The notes beneath the pieces are model-generated. The model made no database searches. It was not told the DNA's origin and saw only the letters and a list, made by a program, of their open reading frames with translations. Below are positions 50,250-61,522 of a DNA stretch of 64,000 nt, piece after piece; the first letter of the stretch is position 1, and each line of letters begins with the position of its first letter. The translations under genes and the position numbers were made by a program. The stretch spans positions 640,001 through 704,000 of the forward strand of contig CAWJSJ010000005.1 in NCBI GenBank assembly GCA_963845565.1. The letters are read 5' to 3'. The DNA comes from an uncultured Methylomirabilota bacterium (GTDB taxonomy: Bacteria; Methylomirabilota; Methylomirabilia; Methylomirabilales; 2-02-FULL-66-22).

Positions 50250-52890
50250 ATGGTGCGTCGGAGAGGTGCCACAGCGATCGCGTTCATTTTCATCGGCTGG
50301 CTAATGGGGATCGGTGCCGCCCGGGTGCACACCGCCACGGGGGCCACCCCGGTTGGGGACCAATGGCCGCGGGAGTTCAAGCTCACCAATGCCACGCTGC
50401 TCGTGTACCAGCCGCAGGTCAACTCGCGGGAAGGGAACCTGCTCGACTTCGGGCGGCGGTGGGTGTCAAGCCGGCCGGATCTGAGGCCGGGAGATGTTCG
50501 GCGTGATCTGGGCGAACGGCGCGGACACAGGTGGACAAAGTCGCGCGGATGGTGACCCTGGAAGACGTCACCCTGAGCAAGAGCCAGTTCCCCATGCTTC
50601 CCGACAACGGAGTCCGCGTACACGAGCGCGTTGCGGAAGCAGATGGCAAGCCACCGCCGCAGCGGACCATCGCGTTGGACCGCCTGGAGGCGTCGTTGGC
50701 CGCCTCCGGCACCGCGACGCCTGCGGGCGTCCCGGTGAACACCACGCCGACCGCGGATCCTCGTCAGCTACGCGCCGGCGCTCCTCGTGCATATTGACGG
50801 CCCTCCCGTCCTGCGGCCGATCCCCGGTACGCGGTTCGAGCGGGTCATCAACACCCAGGCGCTCATCCTGCGCGAGCAGGGCAGCACAACCTATCTATCC
50901 TCCACGTCTACGACGGCTGGCTCTACGCCGGCGCGATCGACGGGGCCTTGGTGCCAGCCGATGGTCATTCCGCCGGGCATCGATCAGGTCGCCGGCGAGC
51001 TGGCCGAAGGCGGGATGGTGGACCTGATAGACGGCGGGGACGCGCAGCCCAAACCGTCGCTCGCGCACGGGCGTGCCGACGATCTACGTGAGCGAGACCC
51101 CGACGGAGCTCATCGTCGTTCAAGGGGCAGCCCGAACTTTGCGGCCATCGCGGGGACGAGCCTGCACTGGGCGTCGAACACGGCGACGACGTGATCTTCG
51201 AACGCGCGGACAAGAGCTACTATGTCCTCGTATCCGGCCGCTGGTACCGCAGTCGCGGCCCTCGGCGGCCCGTGGGACTATGTGGCGAGCCCGAGCCTCC
51301 CGGCCGACTTCGGCCGGATCCCGGCGACCTCGCCGGCCGGCGTGGTGCTCGCGGCCGTGGCCGGGACCCCGCAGGCCCAGGAGGCCGTCATCGCCAACTC
51401 GATTCCCCAGACGGCGACGGTGCCACGCGTGAACGGACCGAAGTTCACTCCGGTCTTTGACGGCGACCCCGCAGCTCCAGGCCGATCGAGGGCACGCCGC
51501 TCGAGTACGTCGTCAACGTCCCCGACGCCGGTCATCCGAGTGGACGCCGGGACGTACTACTCGCTCCAGGCCGGCGTCTGGTTCTACGCGATCTCGCTCA
51601 GCGGCCCGTGGTACGTGGCGCCGGCCGTGCCCGCGGTGATCTACACCATCCCCGTCACCTCGCCGCTGCACTACGTGACGTACGTGCACGGTGTACGGGT
51701 CGACGACGCAGGTGGTCTATGTCGGCTATACGCCCGGGTACCTGGGCACGGTGGTCGCGCCGGGCGGCGTGGTCGTGTACGGCACGGGGTACGTCTATCA
51801 GCCGTGGATCGGCACCGTCATGGTATCCTCCGCCGGTCACCTACGGCGTGATGGCGCAGCCCGTCTACAATCCCGGCGGTGGGGATGACCTTCGGTTTCG
51901 CCATGGGCGTTGCCACGGCGTCGGCGGTGTACGGCATGGGGCGCCGTCCCCTATTACCACCCGGCCTACTACGGGGGCTATCCCTGCTGCGGCTCGGCCA
52001 GCGCCAACGTGTACGGGCAGTACGGCAGCACGGCGTATTCGGGGACCCGGAGCGTACTACAGCAACGGCCGGCGGGACGGTACGGGACCACGGCCAGCGG
52101 GACCTATCACAATTACGCCACCGGCACGAGCGGCAGCTATGCGGCCGGGCGGAGCTACAATCCGTACACGGGGCAGGCGGTCGGCGGGCTACGGGCGCAC
52201 GTTCAATACTCCCAGTGGCGTTTCGACGGGGGCGGTCGCGCGCGGTGCCACGTATAACCCGCAGACCGGCACCGCCACGACCGGCACCGCCGGCACGGCC
52301 ACCGGACCGGGCGGTCGTTCCACGACCTCGGCGGAAGCGACGCGCTCGGCCAACGTCTACGGGCAACAATCGGCCCAGGCCGAGCATGCGACCACGAACC
52401 CGAACACGGGGACCACGCGGACCGGCGAGACCACGGCAGCCGCCGGCCCTGGAGGGGCGGCGCGCCCAGCACACGACCACGGTCGTCCGACTCGAACACC
52501 GGCCAGTCGAAGACGTTCTCGCTCCGGCGCGGGCGTCATGCCGGCAACACGGCATACGCAGACCACAACGGCAACGTCTACACGAGCAGCAGTAGCGGTT
52601 GGGAGCAGCATTCCTCCGGCGGCTGGCAGAGCGCCAGCAAGCCGCCCGAGTCGGTTCAGAACGAGTGCCGCGGCCCGCAGCCAGGGCGAAGAGAGATTTC
52701 AATAACTTCAAGCAGAGCGGCGGTGGAGTGCGTGGAGCTGGGCCAGTCGGGCGGGGGAGGAGCGACTGGGCCAGCCGATCCGGCGGCAGCAGTTGGCAGG
52801 TTCGGTGGCGGCGGAGGCGGGGGCGGGTCGACCGGTGGTGGGCTGGGGCGGCCGCTTGGTGGTGGCGGGAGGTTTGGTGGCCGACGGTGA
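50250..52890 (+). CDS. Large secreted protein with Tyr/Gly/Thr-rich and Gly/Arg-rich C-terminal regions, heavily frameshifted
   Basis: WPREF..LLVYQPQ, LVHIDGPP, YYVLVSGRWY, IYTIPVTSPLHYVTYV, VGYTPGYLG. Confidence 0.75.
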
Positions 52891-52921
52891 ACAGCTGGAA
52901 ACCGCGAAACGAGGAAATATA

Positions 52922-53047
52922 CATCCGAAATCCGAATCTCGAAATCCGAAGCAAGTATCAATGTTCACAGTTCGAAAGGAGCGAATGATCCGTTTTGCAC
53001 ATTGCCGCTTTCGGATTTGAATTTGGATTTCGTTTTCGAATTTGTGC
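52922..53047. repeat. 7-bp-array hairpin (copy 4), deletion derivative of the four-helix-bundle element
   Basis: GAAGCAAGTATCAATGT...GAGCGAATGATCCGTTT..ATTGCCGCTTTCG matches both gene boundaries at 31077-31093 and 31450-31484. Confidence 0.88.
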
Positions 53048-53096
53048 TTTGCGTTGGACTGGATATTCGGCATCAGGGCGGCAAATGGAGCCAACC

Positions 53097-53785
53097 ATGA
53101 GATTGCAACCCTTCATCCTGGCGGCCTGCTGGTCATCGGCTTTTCGCAGCACGCCTCGGCCCAGGGTGCCCCGTCCGGTAACATGCAGATGGCGGCCCAG
53201 ATCACCGAGGCGCGCAGGGCGCAACGCCACCCTGATGCGCCAGTACACCTGGAACAGCCGCACGGAGGTGATCGAGAATAACGAAGTCAAGGATACGCGC
53301 ATCGAACTGGTCAATTACACTCCCGACGGCATGCTGGTGCGGAGCGTCCTCAACGACCAGAGCGCGTCCTTACCGCGCGGCTTCCTGCGCCGTGCCATCG
53401 CCGAGGACCAGAGGAAAAATTGGAGGACTATCTGACCGACTTGCGGGGTCTCCTCGAGCAGTACGCGAATCCGACGGAAGGGAAGATTCTCGACTTCTTG
53501 AATCAGGCCACGACCTCCGGCCCGGATGCTGCTGGGCTCTTCGAGATGACCGGGCGAAATGCCATGGTCCCGGGCGACACCCTCTCCATGTGGACGGACG
53601 CACGAACCAGGCACACGCGCAAGATTCAGGTCAGCACCAACTATAAAGGCGATGCGGCGAACGTCACGGCCACGTTCCAGACCCTCGCCAGCGGGCTGAC
53701 CTACATGGCCTATGCCGAGATCGCCGTCCCTTCCAGGCAGGTGAGTGTGCAGGTCCAGAACTTCAACTATACGCGCCCAAACTGA
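53097..53785 (+). CDS. Secreted hypothetical protein, frameshifted
   Basis: ANATLMRQYTWNSRTE-like, PGDTLSMW, TFQTLASGLTY, VQNFNY. Confidence 0.7.
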
Positions 53786-53849
53786 TCCTGACGAGCGCGT
53801 GGCCTGGCCGGAACTGCGCCAAGTACAATGCGTGAAAGGAGAGCGTGAC

Positions 53850-55137
53850 ATGAAACGACGCAGAATCGTTCGCGTGCTGAGCATTCTGCTGGCCGTGGCC
53901 GTGCTCGTCCACGGCTTCGCCCCGGCGGCGTGGGCCGGCGGCCTCTGGATGTACGAGCGCGGCACGCCCGAAGTCGGCACGGCGAACGCCGGCGTCGCGG
54001 CCCGCGCCGAGGACGCCTCCATCGCGGCCAGCAACCCCGCCGGCATGTCGCGATTGGACAAGGCGGAGATCATGCTCGGACTCCAGCCGGTCATCACCGA
54101 CGTGAAATTCGCGCCGGGCCCCGGGACGACGACGACCGGGCCGACCGGTGACGGCAGTGTGGTGCTCCCGGTAACGGGCTTCTACTACGTGCAGCCGCTG
54201 GGAAAGGACTGGCGGGTCGGGCTCTCGTTGGGTAGCTACATGGGCCTGGGGGTGAAATACGAGGACGACTGGGTCGGCCGCTACTACGTGCAGGAGAGTG
54301 CCCTCATCACTTTGGACGTCGCGCCGACCATCTCGTATCGCGTGAACGACTGGTTGTCGATCGGGGCCGGGCCGGTGTTCCAGTACGCCTACCTGAAGAC
54401 CACGGCGGCGGTCAACAACGTCGTGCCGCTGGGTGTGCCGGACGGCCAACTGGAGTACAAGGCGGACTCGTTCGGGTTCGGCGGCGCGGGAGGGATTCTG
54501 GTGGAGCCGTGGAAGGGGACGCGCTTCGGGCTCACCTACATGTCGCCCATTAAGCAAGAGTTCAAGGACGCGCCAGCCTTTTCGAACCTCGGCCCCATTA
54601 ATGCCAACCTGGCCGCTCGGCTGGGCGAGGTGAAGATCAAGATGACCATGCCCCAGTCCGTCATGTTCAGCGCCTTTTCTCAGGTCACCGAGAACTGGGC
54701 GGTGATGGGCAACCTGGGGTGGCAGAACTGGTCCCAGTTCGGCTTCACGCCGATCAGCCATCAGCAACACCGCGGGCGCGCACGGTGAGCGCGACCAAGG
54801 ATGCGCAGTTTGACGACACCTTCCACGTCGCCGTGGGGGCGCATTACCGCTTTCACCCACAGTGGCGCGTGACCGCCGGATTCGCGTATGATAGCTCGCC
54901 GGTCTCGCGACGCGAACCGGACGGTGGCGATCCCCCTGGATCGGCACCCTCCGGTATTCGGCAGGGCTGATTTACGAGTTGAACGAGCGGATCACCGCTG
55001 GGCTTGGCCTACACGTTCATCGATGCGGGCAGCGCCAGCGTCAACGAGACACGCGGCCGCTGTCCGGGACGGTCCAAGGCGACTATCTCGTCGAACTACA
55101 TCAACGTGATCGCGTTGAACGTGCGGCGCGCTTCTGA
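53850..55137 (+). CDS. FadL/TodX-family outer-membrane transporter, frameshifted
   Basis: GTANAG, DASI..SNPAGM, GRYY, WQNWSQF, GFAYDSSPV, C-terminal Phe. Confidence 0.9.
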
Positions 55138-55207
55138 GCGTCGCCGGCCGATCGCGGCCGCGGAGGGGCTGACGTCTGCGGGGTGGGCCACGGGGGTCGC
55201 CGCCGGC

Positions 55208-57782
55208 ATGTCTTCAGGGGCGCGTGTCGGATGTGCGCGTGCCTGTCGTGGCGCCAGGGGCTGTGGAGCGTTGCGGTGTGCGGACACTGCCGCGGACCTG
55301 TTCATGGTACATCGGCACCCGGCGGGTCGGCCGCTCGAGCGGCGCCGGCTGAGACGCCGGCGCCGCATACCTGCGCACGCCGCCCCCGGTCACCGAGATC
55401 TGCTGCTGCCGAGGCGGCGGCACGACGCCGGACGTGTTCTCCGTCGCCGTCTCGACATCGCAGCCGAGCAATCGGCCGTCGGAGGTCTGACGCTGATCCA
55501 GCGGGCAGCTCTCCCGACAGGCCATCGAGCAGCTTCTCGAGATCGGACGGGCGCATCGACTGGCCGACATCCTGCAGGGGCAGCCATCCCTGGGCGATGA
55601 TCGCCGCGCAGCAGGAACTGTGGAAGGAGAGACAGGTCCGCACGACCAGGTGGCTGACCTCCTCACCCAGCGGGCCACGCACCTGCAAGAGACGCTGAAC
55701 CGGCTGGCGGATCTGCAGACGACGTGGCGCCAGACAGAGGCGGCCGCGCGCGCCGCGAACGCGCCGGTGGAGATCCTCCAGCAGATCGGCGTGGTGCTGG
55801 CAGGCGCTGCGCAGCACCGAGGCGCCCTTCCACGCCCAGCGCGCCACGGCGCTCGGCCTCCAGAGCCGTGTGGCGCAGGAAGTGGCGCGGTGCGGGACCG
55901 CGCTGGCGTTGTACGCGCAGGCCCAACAGCGGGCGATGAGCGGGATCCTGACGCGGGACAGCCTGCCGATCTGGAGTGCCGAGCAGTGGACGCAGGCACG
56001 CACCACGCTGCCTGCCCTCGTCCGCCAGGTCAACGCCAGCCTCCGGAACGAGCTGGTCCAGTACGTCCGGGATTCCTCCGGGGGACTGCCGTTGTACGTC
56101 TTGGCCTTCGTGGTGCTGGCGGTGGCGATGTGCATGGTGCGTCGGCGGGTTCGCCAATGGACCGTGGCGGGCGAGGATGTCCCGCCGGCCACCACGGTGT
56201 TCAGCGCCCCTTTGCCGCGGCGCTGATGTTCCCCTTGTATTACATCTCCTCGCCCTATTCGGCGATCCCCGCCTCGCTGCGGCAACTGTGCGAGGTCCTC
56301 GCTCTCGCGCCGGGCATCCGCGTGGCGCTGCCGGCGGTGGATCGACGGGTGGCCTCGGGACTCTACACGCTGACGGCCCTGTTCGCCCTCGATGCCGTCC
56401 GGCAATCCTACGCCGGTTCCCTGGGACTCGAGCAAGCCCTTCTGGCGCTGGAGATCTTCGCGGGGATGGCGGTGCTGGGGTACTCGCTGGCCTTCGGGGA
56501 TCTCCATCGAACCTCCGCGGACCCATGGGTGCTGGAGCGGCGCGCCCTCCGGGTGGGCGCCGGCATCGTCCTTATCGTCCTGGTCGTCGGGCTGGCGGCG
56601 GGGCTCCTGGGTTACATGCGGCTGGCGCGCCTGCTCGCGTCCATCGTGCTCGGCAGCGGCGCGCTGGCGGTGATGTTGTACGCCAGTTTCCGCGTCCTGG
56701 TCGGGGTGGTCGCCTTTGCCCTCCGCGTCTCACCGTTTCGGCGCCTCCAGATGGTTCACCATCATCGGGACCTCTTGGAACGCCGGATCCATGCCGCGCT
56801 CCGCTGGCTCGTGATCGCCGGGTGGACGTTCCGCGTACTGGACTTCGTCGGCGTCTTCCAGCCGGCGCTCGCCTTCGGATCCGCGGTGCTGTCTGCCAGG
56901 CTGCAACGGGGTTCGATGAGCATTTCCTTGGGCGACGTTCTCGACTTCGTCCTGACGGTGTGGGTGGCGTACCTGGTGTCCGCCTTCATCCGGTTCGCGC
57001 TGGAAGAGGATGTGTATCCGCGCATCCATCTGCCGCGCGGCATCTCGTACGCTGTGTCGAGCCTCCTGAATTACGTCATCGTCGCCGTCGGATTCGTCCT
57101 GGCCTTGGGGGCGCTGGGGGTGGACCTCGGCAAGTTGACCATCCTGGCCGGGGCGTTCGGCGTCGGCATCGGCTTCGGGTTGCAGAGCGTGGTGAACAAC
57201 TTCGTCTCCGGGCTGATCCTGCTCTTCGAGCGGCCGATTCACGTGGGCGATGCCGTCGAGGTCGGCGATCTGTCGGGACAGGTGCGCCGGATCGGGATCC
57301 GCGCCAGTCTGGTGCGCACCTGGCAAGGGGCCGACATGATCGTCCCCAACGCCCAGCTCATCACGGAGCGATTGATCAACTGGACGCTCAGCGATCGTCT
57401 GCGGCGCATCGACTTGCCCGTGGGCGTAAATTACGGCGCCCATCCCCGGAACGTCATCGCGACACTGGAGGCGGTGGCACAGGCGCACCCGCATGTGTTG
57501 CGGCAGCCGGCGCCCCGGGCCTTCTTCACCAGCTTCGGCGACAGCGCGGTCAATTTCGAGCTTCGGGCCTGGACGGATCATTTCGAGCAGTGGTTTCAGA
57601 TCCGGAGCGAGCTGGCCATAGCCGTGTACGACGCGAGCCATGCGGCGGGAATGTCGTTTCCCCTTCCCCAGCGCGAGGTGCGGCTTATCCGCGATGGTCC
57701 GGTCGAGTTAGCGGCGACGCCCCCGGTGTCCCAGCCTGCACCGGGGCGGTCCGGAGGAAGCATCGAGCCCGGAACCGGCTAG
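55208..57782 (+). CDS. Large MscS/MscK-like mechanosensitive channel, frameshifted; start uncertain
   Basis: GAFGVGIGFGLQSVVNNFVSGLILLFERP, IVPNAQL, NWTLSD. Confidence 0.88.
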
Positions 57783-57949
57783 CCGGGTGGGACCGGCCGA
57801 CCGAGTGCCGGCGATCGAGGAAGATTCCGCCGGTCGGCCGGGTCTTTATGGCAGCGGTCAGGCGACTGGGGTGAGGCGACGAGGCGCATCGGGGTCGAGC
57901 GGTCGGTGGTTGATCGCAAACACTTGACGTCAATCGGAGGAGAGATGGC

Positions 57950-58777
57950 ATGCGAACAGTGAGAGGTCTTGTGGTCTGCTTGGTAGCTGTCGTATTCGCG
58001 GGTGGCTTCCTTGGCGCGGCACTTGCCGCCGACGCCGCGCGCGTGGCGCCCGTGATGGATCGGATTCTGGCCAAGAAAGAGCTGGTGGTCGGGACGGCGG
58101 CCGACATGCCGCCACTGAACATGACGCTGAAGGATGGGAAGATTGTCGGCATGGAGATGGACATCGCCACCCAGATGGCAAGCAGTATCGAGGTGAAACT
58201 CACCCTGAAGCCCATGCGCTTCAGCGACCTCCTGCCCGCGCTGGAGGCCGGCCAGATAGATCTGATCCTGTCCGGGATGACGATGACCCCGCTCCGGAAC
58301 ACGAAGGTGGCGTTCGCGGGGCCATACTTCGGCTCCGGGAAGTCTGTCCTGATCAAGCAGGAGAACGTGGCGTCGCTGCAGAGCACGCAGATGATGAACA
58401 ACGCCGACGTGACGCTGGCGACCCTCAAGGGCTCGACCAGCCAGACGTTTGTCGAGCGCGTTGCCCCGAAGGCGAAGCTGGTCTTGACGGACGATTACGA
58501 CCAGGCGGTTGCGATGGTCCTGGACGGCAAGGTGCGGGCCATGGTCGCGGATTACACCATCTGCAACGTGTCGGTCTTGCGGTATCGAGACAAGGGGCTC
58601 ACCACCTTGAAGAGTCCGCTGAACTATGAGCCGATCGGGATCGCGCTGCCCGCAAACGATCCGCTGCTCCTGAACTGGGCTCAGAACTTCGTGAGTTTCT
58701 TGGTGAACAGCGGCGAGCTTGTGCTGCTTCAGCAGAAGTGGTTCGACGACCCGTCCTGGCTGCCACAGCTCAAGTAA
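57950..58777 (+). CDS. Polar amino-acid ABC-type substrate-binding protein (orphan)
   Basis: LVVGT..DMPPL, GMEMDIA, IDLILSGMTMTP.R, KWF. Confidence 0.92.
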   Translation: MRTVRGLVVCLVAVVFAGGFLGAALAADAARVAPVMDRILAKKELVVGTAADMPPLNMTLKDGKIVGMEMDIATQMASSIEVKLTLKPMRFSDLLPALEAGQIDLILSGMTMTPLRNTKVAFAGPYFGSGKSVLIKQENVASLQSTQMMNNADVTLATLKGSTSQTFVERVAPKAKLVLTDDYDQAVAMVLDGKVRAMVADYTICNVSVLRYRDKGLTTLKSPLNYEPIGIALPANDPLLLNWAQNFVSFLVNSGELVLLQQKWFDDPSWLPQLK

Positions 58778-58811
58778 TCGCAGCGACCCGCGCTCGCGGG
58801 GCACTCGACTG

Positions 58812-59192
58812 ATGGGTGATTCGGCGACCGGGCAACTTGGCAATTTGGCGCCCGGGCGCCTCGGCAATGCGGCGGCGATCTGCCTCGCGGCACGCGTGGC
58901 GGCTGCCGACCCCTCGGCGGACTGCCGGAACCTCGCATCGTGGTTCGGGTCGAGGCCGGAGACGCTCGACGTGCAATCCCTGGCGGCGCTGAGCACCTGC
59001 GTGACAGGGGAAATCCAAGTGCGCGCGGCATCCCCCGGGCAGGGGCCCGCTGCCGACCCGCAGACCAACGATTCGTCCTCGGGGGGGCAATCCTCGCCGC
59101 AAACTGAGGGGACGTGGGGAACGTGGCCAACGACTCCGGCGTGGAAGGATCAGGCGATTGACTCGAAACCGTGGGACAGTTGGGGAAAATAG
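58812..59192 (+). CDS. Hypothetical protein whose 5' end overlaps an 8-bp array
   Basis: Open frame with two Cys and Trp/Pro-rich tail; GGCAACTT GGCAATTT GGCGCCCG units at 58815-58870. Confidence 0.4.
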   Translation: MGDSATGQLGNLAPGRLGNAAAICLAARVAAADPSADCRNLASWFGSRPETLDVQSLAALSTCVTGEIQVRAASPGQGPAADPQTNDSSSGGQSSPQTEGTWGTWPTTPAWKDQAIDSKPWDSWGK

Positions 59193-59205
59193 AAGGAATC
59201 TTGCG

Positions 59206-60438
59206 ATGACGCGATGGCTGCGGTTGTGTGTGTATGCATTCGGCATGAGCGGCGTGTTGCTTCCGGGGTTCGCCGCGGCGGGGCAGCGGGTTCTCGACGA
59301 ACGAAACGCCGAACGGGTGGAGGCCATGATTCTCCGCGTCAGACCGGGCGTGGTGGGCATCCTCACGGATGTCCGGGCCGAGGTGACGATCCGCTGCGGC
59401 AAGAATGACACCTATGTCGTCACGCCGGACCCGGACACCGAGAATGGCACCGGCTTCATCATCCACCCCGATGGTTGGATCGCCACCAACGGCCACGTGG
59501 TGAAGCCGGTGTACAAGGACGATGCGGAGCACGTTGCGAATTTCCTGCAGCAGGCGGCCGAGACGGCCTGTGGTCCGCGGTTGGCCAAGCTGCCGGCAGC
59601 GCAGCGGAAGGCCCGGATGGCGAAGATCGTGCAGGACCCCCAGAATCGCCAAGGGGTCAAGCTGACCAAGCGGCTCGAGGTGTTCTTCTCGAAGCGGGTG
59701 GCAGCCGGGACGCGGTTCCCCCCGGGCGTCCCCGCCGTGGTCAAGGCCTACAGCCCGCCGATCGATCCTGACTCCCTGCCCAAGGGGGGCGGGGTTCCGG
59801 CGAAAGAGAAGCAGATGCTGGACGCCGCCATCATCAAGATCGAGATGACCGATCTTCCCACGGTCGACTTGGCGGGGCGCACCACGCACCTCCACCTCGG
59901 CGAGGACCTCTTCATCATCGGGTTCCCCGGGGCGGTCCTCTGGCACGACTTCCTCAGCACCGAGAGCCGAGCCGCCTCCTCGATCACCTTTGGACATGTC
60001 TCCGCGTTCAAGCTGGACGTCAACGAGCGCTGGGTCATCCAGACCGATGCCTCGATCTCCTGGGGCAACAGCGGGGGGCCGGCGTTCAATCGGAGCGGGG
60101 ACGTGGTCGGCGCGGCCACGTTCATCACCACGTCGCTGGAGGGCGACCAGGCGATCCAGGGGTTCAACTTCCTGATTCCGGTGCAGACCATCCAGCAGAT
60201 GGCCAGGGACATCGGCCTGACGCCGAAGGCCGACGACGCGTTCATGGATGAATGGGAGCGGGCGATCACGGCGTATTTCGAGGGGAAGCATGGCGAGGCG
60301 TTGGGGTACGTGGAGGGCGCCGAAAAACTCTTTCCTGGCCTCTGGGACGTCCAGCGGCTGCGGGTCCTCCTCAAGGACATATTGGCGCTCAAGCAAGAGA
60401 TCACGCCAACCCGAGAGATATTGGAGTTCAAGAAATAG
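59206..60438 (+). CDS. Secreted trypsin-like serine protease
   Basis: GTGFII, ATNGHV, DAAIIKI, SWGNSGGP. Confidence 0.92.
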   Translation: MTRWLRLCVYAFGMSGVLLPGFAAAGQRVLDERNAERVEAMILRVRPGVVGILTDVRAEVTIRCGKNDTYVVTPDPDTENGTGFIIHPDGWIATNGHVVKPVYKDDAEHVANFLQQAAETACGPRLAKLPAAQRKARMAKIVQDPQNRQGVKLTKRLEVFFSKRVAAGTRFPPGVPAVVKAYSPPIDPDSLPKGGGVPAKEKQMLDAAIIKIEMTDLPTVDLAGRTTHLHLGEDLFIIGFPGAVLWHDFLSTESRAASSITFGHVSAFKLDVNERWVIQTDASISWGNSGGPAFNRSGDVVGAATFITTSLEGDQAIQGFNFLIPVQTIQQMARDIGLTPKADDAFMDEWERAITAYFEGKHGEALGYVEGAEKLFPGLWDVQRLRVLLKDILALKQEITPTREILEFKK

Positions 60439-60669
60439 ATCGCGCGCGGGTATCGGGCTGTGGGGCTCGAAGGCCACGAAGATCGAAAAGCGACCCCGGC
60501 GCGAGGCGGGCTGTTGGGAAAACCTCGCCAGCGTCGTGGACAAACGGGCGTGGACAAACGGGCGTTGATGAACGGCCGTTACCAGAGTAACATCAATGAC
60601 TGTGATTTGGTGGGGCGGCCGGCGTCCGCCGCACCTGGGATGACGGAGACACTCTTGGAGGAAAAGCCG

Positions 60670-61185
60670 ATGCGAATGTGGAAAGGTTGTGGACTCGTCG
60701 CGGTCGGGGTGCTGTGGCTGGGTCTCACGGGTGGGGTTGCGCTTGCGCAGCAGCCGGCGGCACCCGCACCGGATCCGGCCAAGGCAGAGGCCATGGAGGA
60801 GATCCAGTTCACGCGGGCGGAGCTTGCCAGCGCCCGGCAAGCCCTCGTCACCCAGGCAATGGACCTCACCCCCGAAGAGATGCAGGGGTTCTGGCCGCTC
60901 TACCGGGACTACCGGCGCGAGGCCACCAAGGTGGGCGACCGTATCGTCGCTCTCATCGCCGCCTACGCCGACCATTACGACAATCTTACGGACCCGGCGG
61001 CGGACAAGTTGCTCGCGGAGTTTGTGGGTATCGAAAAAGCCCGAGCGAGCCTCAAGGCGAAATACCTCCCCAAGTTCAAGAAGGTGCTCCCCGCCAGAAA
61101 GGTGGCGCGCTTCTATCAACTCGAGAACAAGCTGGACGTTCTGATCTTCGCCGAGATGGCCGAGCAGATTCCGCTGGCCCGGTAG
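60670..61185 (+). CDS. Secreted helical protein of unknown function
   Basis: Signal peptide; MDLTPEE..FWPLYRDY, KVARFYQLENK. Confidence 0.8.
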   Translation: MRMWKGCGLVAVGVLWLGLTGGVALAQQPAAPAPDPAKAEAMEEIQFTRAELASARQALVTQAMDLTPEEMQGFWPLYRDYRREATKVGDRIVALIAAYADHYDNLTDPAADKLLAEFVGIEKARASLKAKYLPKFKKVLPARKVARFYQLENKLDVLIFAEMAEQIPLAR

Positions 61186-61192
61186 GGCGGCA

Positions 61193-61293
61193 GATTGCAG
61201 ATTGACGATTGTCGATTGACGATTGACGATTGCGGAGTGGGGCCAGGGGTTAACCGCGAACCGACAACCGACAACCGCGAACCGAGAACGGAA
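61193..61293. repeat. Two different degenerate 7-bp arrays back to back
   Basis: Six GATTGAC-type units 61193-61234; six AACCGAC-type units 61252-61293. Confidence 0.85.
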
Positions 61294-61358
61294 AACACCA
61301 CCGCGGCCTGTGGGATGGGCCGCGAAGAATGGCATGATGCCGCAGATCTCTTTATCAC

Positions 61359-61506
61359 CCAGGCCGGTCAAAAAGGCCCAGATGCCAGGCGGCGCGCCGG
61401 GTACCCATCCGGAGGATGGGTGCAGGTGCGAGGCGTACTTGGTATGTACGCCGCAGCGCCGCGCGAGCGCGCCAACGCCGCAGATGGGCGTTTTTCAGCA
61501 GCCGGT
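61359..61506. mobile_element. About 150-bp MITE/REP-like structured repeat
   Basis: Terminal imperfect IR CAGGCCGGTCAAAAAGGCCCAGATGC / GCAGATGGGCGTTTTTCAGCAGCCGG; internal hairpins CCCATCC-GGA-GGATGGG and GGCGTAC..GTACGCC. Confidence 0.7.
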
Positions 61507-61522
61507 TAAAGGAGGATTGGGC

